From Candidatus Falkowbacteria bacterium CG10_big_fil_rev_8_21_14_0_10_44_15 (GTDB taxonomy: Bacteria; Patescibacteriota; Patescibacteriia; Patescibacteriales; XYC2-FULL-47-12), in assembly GCA_002773575.1 (NCBI GenBank), contig PFAT01000021.1, positions 1 through 50,738 of the forward strand: DNA of 50,738 bases, written 5' to 3'. Below are positions 16,250 through 24,727 of the stretch, one piece after another. How positions within the stretch are numbered: the stretch's first letter is position 1; each line of letters begins with the position of its first letter. Below the pieces are notes generated by a model. That model had not been told where the DNA came from and did not search any database. It worked only from the letters and a program-made list of their open reading frames with translations. The translations under genes were made by a program, and so were the position numbers.

Positions 16250-17173
16250 ATGAAAATATTAATAACCGGCGGCGCGGGGTTTATCGGCTCTCATCTGTGC
16301 GAAAAGCTATTGGAGCAAGGGCACGCCGTCGTTTGTTTGGATAATTTTTTTACCGGCTCCAAAGATAATGTTAAGCATTTATTAGCTGATGAAAATTTTA
16401 AAGTGGCTGAACAAGACGTAGAGAGTCCGTATGATTTCGCCGTTGACCAAATTTATAATTTAGCTTGTCCGGCGGCGCCGATTTGGTATCAAAAAGATCC
16501 GGTAAAAACCGTGCGGACAAACGTGTTAGGCGCGATTAACGCTTTGGAATTAGCTAAGCGCATCGGCTGCCCGATGCTGCATACTTCCACCTCGGAGGTA
16601 TACGGCGACCCCGCAGTGCATCCGCAGCCGGAAAGTTACTGGGGCAACGTGAATCCCATTGGCGTGCGCGCCTGCTACGACGAAGGTAAACGTTGCGCCG
16701 AAACTTTATGTTTTGATTATTACCGCGAACATCAGGTCGGCATAAAAGTAGTCAGGATTTTTAACACTTACGGACCGCGGATGGCGATAGCCGACGGACG
16801 GGTAGTTTCTAATTTTATTATTCAAGCGCTGCGCGGCGAAGCCATTACTATTTACGGCCGGGGCGAACAAACGAGAAGCTTTTGTTATGTTGCTGATATG
16901 GTTGAGGGATTAATCAAAATGATGGCCAGCAGTTTTAGCGGGCCGGTTAATTTAGGCAACCCGGCTGAATTTAGCGTTCGGGAGCTGGCGGCTAAAATAT
17001 TAAAGTTAACGAACTCGCGCTCCCAAATTATCTGCCAGGATTTACCTGCCGATGACCCAAAGCAGAGGCAGCCCGATATTAATTTAGCTAAAGAAAAATT
17101 AAATTGGGATCCAGAAGTTAATTTGGATGATGGTTTAATAAAAACTATTGAATATTTCAGAGGTATTTTATGA
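16250..17173 (+). CDS. uxs: UDP-glucuronate decarboxylase (UDP-xylose synthase)-like SDR
   Basis: [84 protein letters not shown] and [10 protein letters not shown] form the characteristic UXS signature. Confidence 0.85.
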   Translation: MKILITGGAGFIGSHLCEKLLEQGHAVVCLDNFFTGSKDNVKHLLADENFKVAEQDVESPYDFAVDQIYNLACPAAPIWYQKDPVKTVRTNVLGAINALELAKRIGCPMLHTSTSEVYGDPAVHPQPESYWGNVNPIGVRACYDEGKRCAETLCFDYYREHQVGIKVVRIFNTYGPRMAIADGRVVSNFIIQALRGEAITIYGRGEQTRSFCYVADMVEGLIKMMASSFSGPVNLGNPAEFSVRELAAKILKLTNSRSQIICQDLPADDPKQRQPDINLAKEKLNWDPEVNLDDGLIKTIEYFRGIL

Positions 17174-18303
17174 GAATTTTAATTTTGGCTACTGCTTATA
17201 TCCCTCATGTCGGCGGCGCGGAAGTGGCGGTTAAAGAAATAACTAAGCGGCTGGAACGCCAGTTTGAAATGATTACGGTGCGGCTGAAAAAAGCGGATGC
17301 GGCTGAAGAACAGGTAGGCAACATCAAAGTTTATCGTTTGGGTTTTGGCTTAGGCAGAATTGACAAATACTTTTTTCCTTTCCGGGCGGCTCGGCTCGCA
17401 AATAAATTGCACCGGCAAAATCATTACGATGTCGTTTGGTCAATTATGGCGAGCTGGTCCGGCTTTGCCGCTTTATTTTTTTGCAAAAACAGCAGCGTTA
17501 AATTTTTGCTGACTTTGCAGGAAGGGGATGATTTGCGCGTGCCAGTGAGGAAATCTCTGATGGTACATCATTGGTTTAAACAAATTTTTCAACGCGCTGA
17601 TTACATCCAATGCATTTCCAGCTATTTAGCCGATTGGGCGAAAAAAATGGGAGCGACCTGTCCGATAGAGGTAGTGCCGAATGGAGTGGACCTGGAAAAA
17701 TATCAAATATCAAATATCAAATATCAAACAAATCACAAATCACAAAATCAAAATTCAAAAATTATTCTCACTACCTCGCGTTTAGTGCAAAAAAATGGAA
17801 TAGTAGATTTAATAGAAGCTACTGCGTTACTCATTACCCATTACTCATCACCCGTTACTTTAGTAATCTGTGGCGATGGCGAGGAAAGAAAGAAGTTAGA
17901 AGTTAAAAGTAAGCAGTTAGGCATTGCCGATGAAGTAAAATTTATGGGTTTTGTAAAGCCGGAAGAATTGCCAAAATTTTACGCGATTGCCGATGTATTC
18001 TGCCGGCCGTCTCTTTCCGAAGGGTTAGGCAACTCTTTTTTGGAAGCGATGGCCGCGGGCGTGCCGGTAGTGGCAACGCCGGTCGGCGGCATCCCTGATT
18101 TTTTACGGGACGGCAAGACCGGCTGGTTTTGTAGAGTTAATGACCCGGCAAGCATTGCGGAAAAAATAAAATATATTTTGGATGAACAAAATAAAGCAGA
18201 AGCGCAGAAAGTAATAAATAACGCGAAGCAAATGGTTTTAGACAAATACGATTGGGATGGCATTGCCGGTCAAATGGAAAATATTTTTAAGGCACTTAAA
18301 TGA
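17170..18303 (+). CDS. GT4-family glycosyltransferase
   Basis: 377 aa with an ATGA overlap with the upstream gene. Motifs are [14 protein letters not shown] and [33 protein letters not shown]. It carries two repeat arrays. Confidence 0.85.
   Translation: MRILILATAYIPHVGGAEVAVKEITKRLERQFEMITVRLKKADAAEEQVGNIKVYRLGFGLGRIDKYFFPFRAARLANKLHRQNHYDVVWSIMASWSGFAALFFCKNSSVKFLLTLQEGDDLRVPVRKSLMVHHWFKQIFQRADYIQCISSYLADWAKKMGATCPIEVVPNGVDLEKYQISNIKYQTNHKSQNQNSKIILTTSRLVQKNGIVDLIEATALLITHYSSPVTLVICGDGEERKKLEVKSKQLGIADEVKFMGFVKPEELPKFYAIADVFCRPSLSEGLGNSFLEAMAAGVPVVATPVGGIPDFLRDGKTGWFCRVNDPASIAEKIKYILDEQNKAEAQKVINNAKQMVLDKYDWDGIAGQMENIFKALK
17701..17763 (+). repeat. In-frame heptamer array (TATCAAA)x4 CAAATCA CAAATCA CAAAATC AAAATTC AAAAATT
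   Basis: 9 x 7 = 63 nt = 21 codons. It encodes [21 protein letters not shown] in the GT-B interdomain linker between VPNGVD and the SRL..KG motif. Confidence 0.85.
17827..17861 (+). repeat. In-frame heptamer array TTACTCA TTACCCA TTACTCA TCACCCG TTACTTT
   Basis: Encodes [12 protein letters not shown] just before the beta-strand VICGDGEE. It is related to the TTACCCG array at 20641. Confidence 0.7.
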
Positions 18304-19946
18304 ATACGGCTATCAAAATTTATCAATTTTTAAAGAAATGTTTTAAACGTTTCGCGCCCCGCCGCGTAAGTTTGCTGGTAGAACAATACAAAATTGGCAT
18401 CAAATATGTTATTTCCGGCGGCACCGCCGCCGTGGTTGATTTAGGTTTATTGTTTTTGTTAACGGAAATTGCGGGCATATGGTATTTACTGTCGGCAGTG
18501 ATGGCTTTTATTTGTTCTCTGGTTATCGCTTTTTTACTGCACAAATTCTGGACTTTTCGCGAGAGCTCCCTGCACCGAATAAAAAAACAGTTTATTTTTT
18601 TCACTTCAATTGCGTTGCTTAATTTAGGATTAAATACCTTACTCCTCTATGTTGCCGTTGATGTTTTAAACATCTGGTATATGGCAGCCCAATTTGTGAT
18701 TATGGGCGCGCTCGCCTTTATGAATTTTGTCATCAACAAAACAGTTACCTTTCGGCGCGAAAACAAGGACGGCAACAATATTTTAATCGCGACCGGCATC
18801 TATCCGCCCGACATCGGCGGACCGGCGACATACACTAAAATATTGAGCGAGGAACTGCCTAAACTGGGGTGGGAAGTTAAAGTTGTCACTTATAGCGATG
18901 GAGACATTAAAACATTAAAACATAAAAACATAAAAACAAACGATGCGGCAGTTTTTCAAATCAGCAGAAAACAGCATATTTTTTTACGTTATTTTCAATA
19001 TTTTTGGCAAGTTTTGAAATTATTAAATTGGGCGAATATTGTTTACGCCCAAGGCCCGGTGAGCGAGGGATTGCCAACATATTGGGCGTGCAAATTGCGC
19101 GGACGAAAATATGTTTTAAAAATAGTTGGCGACTATGCTTGGGAGCAAATGCAAGTATCAAGAAAACAAGAAAACCAGAAAACAGAAAAGCAAGGATTTA
19201 TTTCATTAGATGAATTTCAAAATAAAAAATTTGATGCGCGGACGGAACGAAAGAGGCGAATTGAAAAATTGGTTGCCCGCAACGCAGATAAAGTTATTGT
19301 ACCGAGCCAGTATTTAAAAAAAATTGTTAAGGGATGGGGCGTGCCGGAAAATAAAATTAACGTTATTTACAATGCGGTTGAATTTAAATCAATCCCGCCC
19401 GTACTTAAGCCTGCAAATGAAAGATGGCTGGTATCTGTCGGCCGGCTCGTGCCTTGGAAAGGCATGGACGCGCTGATTGATATTATGCCGTCGCTAGTGC
19501 GGTCAGAACCAGCCTTAAAATTGATCATTATCGGCGAGGGGCCGGAACAAGAGCAATTAAAAATTAAAAGTGAAAAATTAAAAATTGAAGGACAAATCAG
19601 AATGCTGGGTCGGTTGGAACACGAGCAGACTTTAGCATATATTAAAGCGGCGGATGTGTTGGTGCTTAATACCGGCTATGAAGGGCTATCGCATCTGTTG
19701 CTGGAAGCGTTGCATCTGGGCGTTCCGGTTGTGACGACTAATGTCGGCGGCAATCCGGAAGTGATTCAAAATGGCATTAATGGGTTGTTGGTGGAATATA
19801 ATAATCAAACACAACTTAAAGAAGCGATTTTGCGTTTACTTAATTCGCAGGAATTAGCGCGCAAGTTTGTATTAGCCGGCAGACAAGATTTAACTAAATT
19901 TAGCCAAAAAAAAATGATTGCAGACGCCATAGCGGTAATAAATTAA
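18300..19946 (+). CDS. GtrA-like 4-TM domain fused to a GT4 glycosyltransferase
   Basis: The N-terminal ~150 aa read YVISGGTAAVVDLGLLFLLTEIAGIWYLLSAVMAFICSLVIAFLLHKFWTFR plus two more TM helices (GtrA family pattern). The remainder is GT-B: ILIATGIYPPDIGGPATY, GRLVPWKG, GYEGLSHLLLEALHLGVPVVTTNVGGNPEV. It carries three repeat arrays. Confidence 0.8.
   Translation: MNTAIKIYQFLKKCFKRFAPRRVSLLVEQYKIGIKYVISGGTAAVVDLGLLFLLTEIAGIWYLLSAVMAFICSLVIAFLLHKFWTFRESSLHRIKKQFIFFTSIALLNLGLNTLLLYVAVDVLNIWYMAAQFVIMGALAFMNFVINKTVTFRRENKDGNNILIATGIYPPDIGGPATYTKILSEELPKLGWEVKVVTYSDGDIKTLKHKNIKTNDAAVFQISRKQHIFLRYFQYFWQVLKLLNWANIVYAQGPVSEGLPTYWACKLRGRKYVLKIVGDYAWEQMQVSRKQENQKTEKQGFISLDEFQNKKFDARTERKRRIEKLVARNADKVIVPSQYLKKIVKGWGVPENKINVIYNAVEFKSIPPVLKPANERWLVSVGRLVPWKGMDALIDIMPSLVRSEPALKLIIIGEGPEQEQLKIKSEKLKIEGQIRMLGRLEHEQTLAYIKAADVLVLNTGYEGLSHLLLEALHLGVPVVTTNVGGNPEVIQNGINGLLVEYNNQTQLKEAILRLLNSQELARKFVLAGRQDLTKFSQKKMIADAIAVIN
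18904..18943 (+). repeat. In-frame octamer array ACATTAAA ACATTAAA ACATAAAA ACATAAAA ACAAACGA
   Basis: Encodes (D)IKTLKHKNIKTND. Unit 3 is the one read in the phase where T5-A6-A7 would be a TAA codon, and it has T5->A. Confidence 0.8.
19159..19198 (+). repeat. In-frame octamer array CAAGAAAA CAAGAAAA CCAGAAAA CAGAAAAG CAAGGATT
   Basis: Encodes SRKQENQKTEKQG. It shares CCAGAA with the intergenic array at 7692-7707. Confidence 0.75.
19555..19596 (+). repeat. In-frame heptamer array AATTAAA AATTAAA AGTGAAA AATTAAA AATTGAA GGACAAA
   Basis: Encodes QLKIKSEKLKIEGQ at the ELGI..V.F.G position. Units 3 and 6, which are read in the TAA-generating phase, are the ones that deviate at T4. Confidence 0.8.
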
Positions 19947-19951
19947 TTTTG

Positions 19952-21034
19952 ATGAAAATTCTAAGCATCAGTTTGGATAAAAACATACTAGACAAAGATT
20001 CAGCCGCGGCCAAACGGATGGTTGAATATGGAAATTTGGTTGAACGATATACGATATTAGTTTTGGCGGATAGAGACCAAGAATTTGGTTTATCAGACAA
20101 AGTTAAAGTTATTGCCATCCGAAAAAGCAATAAATTTTTTAGCTTATTAAAATTAAAAAGGAGAGCCGCAGAGGTTTTAAATTCTGAAAACTATAACATC
20201 ATCACCGTACAAGATGCATACTTCATCGGTTTGATAGCGCTAAAATTAGCAAAAAAATTCCATCTCGGCTTAGAGGCGCAGGTGCACGGATTTGAAAAAT
20301 TCAGCGGCGCAAGAAAGTTGCTGGCCAAAAAAGTTTTGCGAAATGCAGATGCAGTGCGGGTCGTCAGCCAAAGATTAAAGCGTCAGCTAATTAGCGATTT
20401 TGGTGTAGCAGAAAGAAAAATAACGGTAGTGCCTATCTATTCAGAGCATAGAACATGTAACACGCAACACATAACATATACAAATGATAAATTTATTTTT
20501 TTGACGGTTGGGAGATTAGTGCCGGTGAAAAATGTTTCCTTGCAAATTAAGGCGATGCGACATATTGTAAAACAATTTCCACAGGCAGAACTATGGATTG
20601 TCGGCGATGGCGAGCAAAGGCAGGCATTAGAGGAATTGTGTTACCCGTTACCCGTTACCCGTTACGTGAAGTTTTTTGGCTGGCAGGAAAATGTGGAGAA
20701 ATTTTATCGGCAAGCCGATGTGTTTTTACTTACTTCCAACAGCGAAGGTTGGGGGTTAGCCGTGGTTGAGGCGGCGGCGCAGGGTTTGCCTATAATTATG
20801 ACTGGTGTCGGACTAGCTGGGGAGGTTATAAAAGACAAAGAAAGCGGAATCGTAATTCCGGTTGGCGACCAAAAAGAATTAGAAAAGGCAATGGCAGTAT
20901 TAACAGAAGATCAAGAATTAAGGGAGAAGCTGGGTAGGAACGCGGCAGAAGTAGTGAAAAAATTTCCGAGTAAAGAGGAGACATTAGCGCTGTATAAAAA
21001 ATCATGGCAGACGGCCGTAGATAATAAAATATGA
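19952..21034 (+). CDS. GT4-family glycosyltransferase
   Basis: The start is taken at ATG 19952 (MKILSISLDKN); the track start at 19949 is TTG. Motifs are GRLVPVKN and TSNSEGWGLAVVEAAAQGLPIIMTGVGLAGEVI. It carries two repeat arrays. Confidence 0.8.
   Translation: MKILSISLDKNILDKDSAAAKRMVEYGNLVERYTILVLADRDQEFGLSDKVKVIAIRKSNKFFSLLKLKRRAAEVLNSENYNIITVQDAYFIGLIALKLAKKFHLGLEAQVHGFEKFSGARKLLAKKVLRNADAVRVVSQRLKRQLISDFGVAERKITVVPIYSEHRTCNTQHITYTNDKFIFLTVGRLVPVKNVSLQIKAMRHIVKQFPQAELWIVGDGEQRQALEELCYPLPVTRYVKFFGWQENVEKFYRQADVFLLTSNSEGWGLAVVEAAAQGLPIIMTGVGLAGEVIKDKESGIVIPVGDQKELEKAMAVLTEDQELREKLGRNAAEVVKKFPSKEETLALYKKSWQTAVDNKI
20450..20491 (+). repeat. In-frame heptamer array AGAACAT GTAACAC GCAACAC ATAACAT ATACAAA TGATAAA
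   Basis: Encodes RTCNTQHITYTNDK in the interdomain linker before FIFLTVGRL. Unit 3 has C rather than T at the position that would otherwise create an in-frame TAA. Confidence 0.7.
20641..20668 (+). repeat. Perfect heptamer array (TTACCCG)x3 + TTACGTG
   Basis: Encodes (C)YPLPVTRYV at the ELGI..V.F.G position. The unit has no stop in any phase. Confidence 0.85.
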
Positions 21035-21639
21035 ATCCGTGGGATGCGTTTAGCAAAGAAAAATTGAAGAAAATTTTTACGGAAAAAAGGACCATCATTG
21101 ATATCGGCGGCGGTCTTCGTATTGACGGCGCGCGCAGCAACCGGTTTGACAAAAAGAACGAATGGCTTAACGAATACCTGCCCTGGGTTGAGTACAAAGT
21201 GCTGGACAAGGTCGCCGATTATCATCCAGACATCGTGGGAGATATACATAAATTGCCGCTCGAAGATAATAGCATTGACGCTATCCTTTGCATTGCCGTA
21301 TTAGAGCATGTGGAAGAGCCGCAAAAAGCTATAAAAGAGATGTACCGAGTGCTCAAGCCCGGGGGATATTGTTTTATTTATGTGCCCTTTCTATACTACT
21401 ATCACCCTCTGCCAGGGTATTACGGCGATTTTTACCGCTTTACACGGGACGGGGTACGGTATTTGACTAAAAATTTTAAAGCGACAGAAATACAGAATGT
21501 GCGCGGCGCTTTGGCAACGGTGGCAAATTTACTGCCTTTTTTTTCCAAAAAAACCGGCATATTAAACTGGCTGGATAAAGTTTTGGGGAAACAGGCGAGT
21601 AACCAAACAAGCGGCTATAACATTTTTTGCGTTAAATAA
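21031..21639 (+). CDS. Class I SAM-dependent methyltransferase
   Basis: IIDIGGG (motif I), D..PDIVGDIHKLPLEDNSIDAILCIAVLEHVEEP, MYRVLKPGGY. ATGA overlap with the upstream gene. Confidence 0.8.
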   Translation: MNPWDAFSKEKLKKIFTEKRTIIDIGGGLRIDGARSNRFDKKNEWLNEYLPWVEYKVLDKVADYHPDIVGDIHKLPLEDNSIDAILCIAVLEHVEEPQKAIKEMYRVLKPGGYCFIYVPFLYYYHPLPGYYGDFYRFTRDGVRYLTKNFKATEIQNVRGALATVANLLPFFSKKTGILNWLDKVLGKQASNQTSGYNIFCVK

Positions 21640-21663
21640 GTTTTAATTTATGATCATATCATT

Positions 21664-22635
21664 ATGCCGAAAGCTCTTATAACCGGCATCACCGGACAAG
21701 ACGGCTCGTATTTGGCGGAATTACTCCTGGCAAAAGGCTACGAAGTGCACGGTCTGGTGCGCCGCGTTGCAGTTGAAGACCCGGCGCAGAGGCTGGGGTG
21801 GATACGGCATATTTTAGATAAAATAACACTGCATTCAGGCTCATTGGAGAGTTACGCAAGCATTTTCAGCATCGTGGAAAGAGTCAAACCTGATGAGTGC
21901 TACCACTTAGCGGCGCAGAGCTTTGTGGCCGTATCGTTTGAGGACACTTTTTCAACGCTCAACACCAACATCAACGGCACGCTCTATGTGCTGGCGGCGC
22001 TGAAAGAACGCGCACCGCATTGCCGTTTCTATTTCGCCGGTTCCAGCGAAATGTTCGGCAAGGTGCGCGAGACGCCGCAGAACGAACAGACTCTGTTTCA
22101 TCCGCGCTCGCCCTATGGCATCTCAAAAGTGACCGGCTTTGACATCACGCGCAACTACCGCGAAGCCTATGGGATGTTTGCTTGCAACGGCATCTTATTT
22201 AACCACGAATCAGAGCGCCGCGGCATGGAGTTTGTAACGCGCAAGATTACGAGCGGCGTCGCGGGAATTAAAGCGGGTAAACAAAACAAACTCTCCTTAG
22301 GTAATTTGGACGCGCGTCGCGATTGGGGTTACGCGCCGGAATACGTAGAGGCAATGTGGTTGATGTTACAGCAGAAAGAGCCGGATGATTACGTTATCGC
22401 TACCGGCGAGGCGCATAGCGTGCGAGAGTTCGTGGAAGCGGCCTTCGCCACAGTTGATTTGGATTGGCGGCAATACGTTGTCATTGACGAGCGTTTAAAG
22501 CGGCCGGCAGAGGTTGACCTGCTGGTGGGGGATATTACCAAAGCAAAAAAAATACTGGGCTGGCAGCCGCGGATATCTTTTTTGGAGTTGGCAAAAATTA
22601 TGGTCGCGCATGATTTAAAGATGTTAACATCGTAG
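21664..22635 (+). CDS. gmd: GDP-mannose 4,6-dehydratase
   Basis: ALITGITGQDGSYLAELLLAKGYEVHGLVRR, GSSEMFG, SPYGISKV and ACNGILFNHESERRG form the diagnostic Gmd signature. Confidence 0.92.
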   Translation: MPKALITGITGQDGSYLAELLLAKGYEVHGLVRRVAVEDPAQRLGWIRHILDKITLHSGSLESYASIFSIVERVKPDECYHLAAQSFVAVSFEDTFSTLNTNINGTLYVLAALKERAPHCRFYFAGSSEMFGKVRETPQNEQTLFHPRSPYGISKVTGFDITRNYREAYGMFACNGILFNHESERRGMEFVTRKITSGVAGIKAGKQNKLSLGNLDARRDWGYAPEYVEAMWLMLQQKEPDDYVIATGEAHSVREFVEAAFATVDLDWRQYVVIDERLKRPAEVDLLVGDITKAKKILGWQPRISFLELAKIMVAHDLKMLTS

Positions 22636-22644
22636 CGCCTTAAT

Positions 22645-23700
22645 ATGAAATTATTGATTATTACCCAAAAAGTTGATAGCGATGACGACGTACTGGGATT
22701 TATGCATGCTTGGATTTCGGAGTTTGCCAAAGCATGCGAACGGGTGACGGTTATCTGTCTGCAGCAAGGGAAATATCATTTCCCGGAGAATGTTAAGGTT
22801 TTATCTTTAGGCAAAGAAACCGGCAAGTCACGGCTAAAGTACCTGTTTAATTTTTATCGATACATTTGGCAGGAGCGGAAAAATTACGAGGCGGCGTTCG
22901 TGCACATGAATGAAGTGTACGTTATGTTAGGGTGGCTTGGCTGGAAATTGGGGCGTAAAAAGATAAGTTTGTGGTACGCGCACGGGCATGTTTCTTTCAG
23001 CCTGAAAATAGCCGCCAAGTTGGCTGATGTTATTTTTACTTCAACCAAAAGCGGCTTTCGTCTGCCGAGCAAAAAAGTGCGGGTCATCGGGCAAGGAATA
23101 GACGCCAATAAATTTCAAATTAAAAATTACGAATTACGAATTAATGATAAATTTAAAATTGTTTCAGTGGGGAGAATTTCACCGTCCAAAGATTACGCCA
23201 CTTTAATTAACGCCACTGCCATTTTGACTAAAGAATATGCGGGGATAGAAGTCAATATTATTGGCGGTCCGGCTACTGCCGCTGACCAAAACTACTTAAA
23301 GGAGACGCGGCAATCGGTTAAAGATAAAAATTTAGGGCAGATAATAAAATTTATCGGCCCCGTAGCTAATAAAAATTTGGTTTCTTATCTGCAAGCAGCC
23401 GACCTGTTCGTTAACATGAGCCGTACCGGCAGTTTGGACAAAGCGATGCTGGAAGCGGCTGCGTGCGGCTTGCCCATACTGACCTGCAATGAGGCGATGC
23501 CGGAAGTATTAGGCCCTTATACAGATAAACTGATGTATGAGACAGGCAATAGCCGGCAGTTGACTGATAAGATAAAAAGTTGCATTATGTGGGGAGAGAA
23601 AGAAAGGCGACGCCTTGGCTATGAGCTGCGTAAGATAGTAGTGCAAAAGCACAGTTTGCCGGAATTTATAAAAAAAATATTATCCATTTTAAACAATTAA
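22645..23700 (+). CDS. GT4-like (GT-B) glycosyltransferase
   Basis: 351 aa. Motifs are GQGID, VGRISPSKD and SRTGSLDKAMLEAAACGLPILTCN. It carries one repeat array in the interdomain linker. Confidence 0.75.
   Translation: MKLLIITQKVDSDDDVLGFMHAWISEFAKACERVTVICLQQGKYHFPENVKVLSLGKETGKSRLKYLFNFYRYIWQERKNYEAAFVHMNEVYVMLGWLGWKLGRKKISLWYAHGHVSFSLKIAAKLADVIFTSTKSGFRLPSKKVRVIGQGIDANKFQIKNYELRINDKFKIVSVGRISPSKDYATLINATAILTKEYAGIEVNIIGGPATAADQNYLKETRQSVKDKNLGQIIKFIGPVANKNLVSYLQAADLFVNMSRTGSLDKAMLEAAACGLPILTCNEAMPEVLGPYTDKLMYETGNSRQLTDKIKSCIMWGEKERRRLGYELRKIVVQKHSLPEFIKKILSILNN
23111..23152 (+). repeat. In-frame heptamer array AATTTCA AATTAAA AATTACG AATTACG AATTAAT GATAAAT
   Basis: Encodes KFQIKNYELRINDK. 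Units 3 and 6, in the TAA-risk phase, read TAC and AAA instead. Confidence 0.8.
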
Positions 23701-24704
23701 TGTTTATGCAGAAAAAGAAAAATAAAGGCGCATTTGACAACGGGTCTTTAAAAATTTTAAATAAAAAATTTTTAGTTACCGGCGGCGCCGGATTTTTAGG
23801 CTCTCATATGTGCGATGCGTTGGTTAATCAAGGCGCCTCGGTAATATGCGTTGACGATTTATCCAACGGCAAATTAGCTAATGTTACTCATTTAAAAAAC
23901 AATCGCCAGTTTAAATTTTATAAAAAAAATGTTAATGATATTAAACAGCTTCAGCCGGTTTTTAAGCGAGAGCGGCCGGATTACGTGATGCACTACGCGG
24001 CGATGGTGGGCGTCAAGAGGACTGCCAATAATCCGCTCGCGGTCTTTGAGGATATAGAAGGGATTAAAAATATTGCCGGATGCTCAAAACAATATCAAGT
24101 TAAAAAAATACTGTTTACCTCATCTTCGGAGGTTTACGGCGAGCCGGTTAAATTGCCGATAGCGGAAGACGATACTTTTAACGGCCGGTGGCCTTATAGT
24201 TTGGTTAAGATATTAGGCGAACAGTATTTCCAGGCATATTACGAAACTTACGGCATACCGGTAACGATTGTTCGGTTTTTTAATGTCTACGGGCCGAGGC
24301 AGGATTTTGGCGATTCCGGCTTTGTCGTCTCCATATTTCTGCGCAACGGATTAGCTGGCAAACCCTTACTAATTTATGGCGATGGCGGGCAGACGAGAGA
24401 CTTTGTCTACGTCGATGACAACATCAGATTAACGCTCCAAGCATTCTTGAGCGATAAAGCGAACGGCCGGCCGATGAATATCGGCTCCGGGCACTCAATG
24501 CGGATAATTGATTTGGCTGACGCAGTAAAGAAAAAATTCCCCAAAGTTAAAATATTATTTCAACCCGCGAGAAACAAAGGAGAAATAAAATACCGCACGC
24601 CGGACGTTAGTTTTATGAAAAAAATGCTGAAAGACGAGCCGCAAGTTAGCTTAGCTGAAGGTTTAGATAAAACTTTAGCATCTTTACAAAGTAAACGACA
24701 GTAA
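23700..24704 (+). CDS. NAD-dependent nucleotide-sugar epimerase/dehydratase (UXS/RmlB-like extended SDR)
   Basis: [35 protein letters not shown] (YxxxK) and RFFNVYGPRQ. The Lys-rich N-terminal extension makes the start (23700 vs 23706) uncertain. Confidence 0.85.
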   Translation: MFMQKKKNKGAFDNGSLKILNKKFLVTGGAGFLGSHMCDALVNQGASVICVDDLSNGKLANVTHLKNNRQFKFYKKNVNDIKQLQPVFKRERPDYVMHYAAMVGVKRTANNPLAVFEDIEGIKNIAGCSKQYQVKKILFTSSSEVYGEPVKLPIAEDDTFNGRWPYSLVKILGEQYFQAYYETYGIPVTIVRFFNVYGPRQDFGDSGFVVSIFLRNGLAGKPLLIYGDGGQTRDFVYVDDNIRLTLQAFLSDKANGRPMNIGSGHSMRIIDLADAVKKKFPKVKILFQPARNKGEIKYRTPDVSFMKKMLKDEPQVSLAEGLDKTLASLQSKRQ

Positions 24705-24727
24705 GTTTTATTCATAACAATTACCAA

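Noticed and set aside
17610-17906. 98-aa + ORF in an alternative frame of the GT4 gene
   Set aside because: It is open only because the heptamer array at 17701-17763 is stop-free in all three phases. The main frame carries the GT4 motifs.
19906-19914. A9 homopolymer near the 3' end of the GtrA-GT4 gene, and other A7-A8 tracts, as phase-variation switches
   Set aside because: Such tracts are expected in AT-rich, Lys-rich coding DNA. They are not concentrated in particular genes. They are noted only as possible slippage sites, with no specific support.
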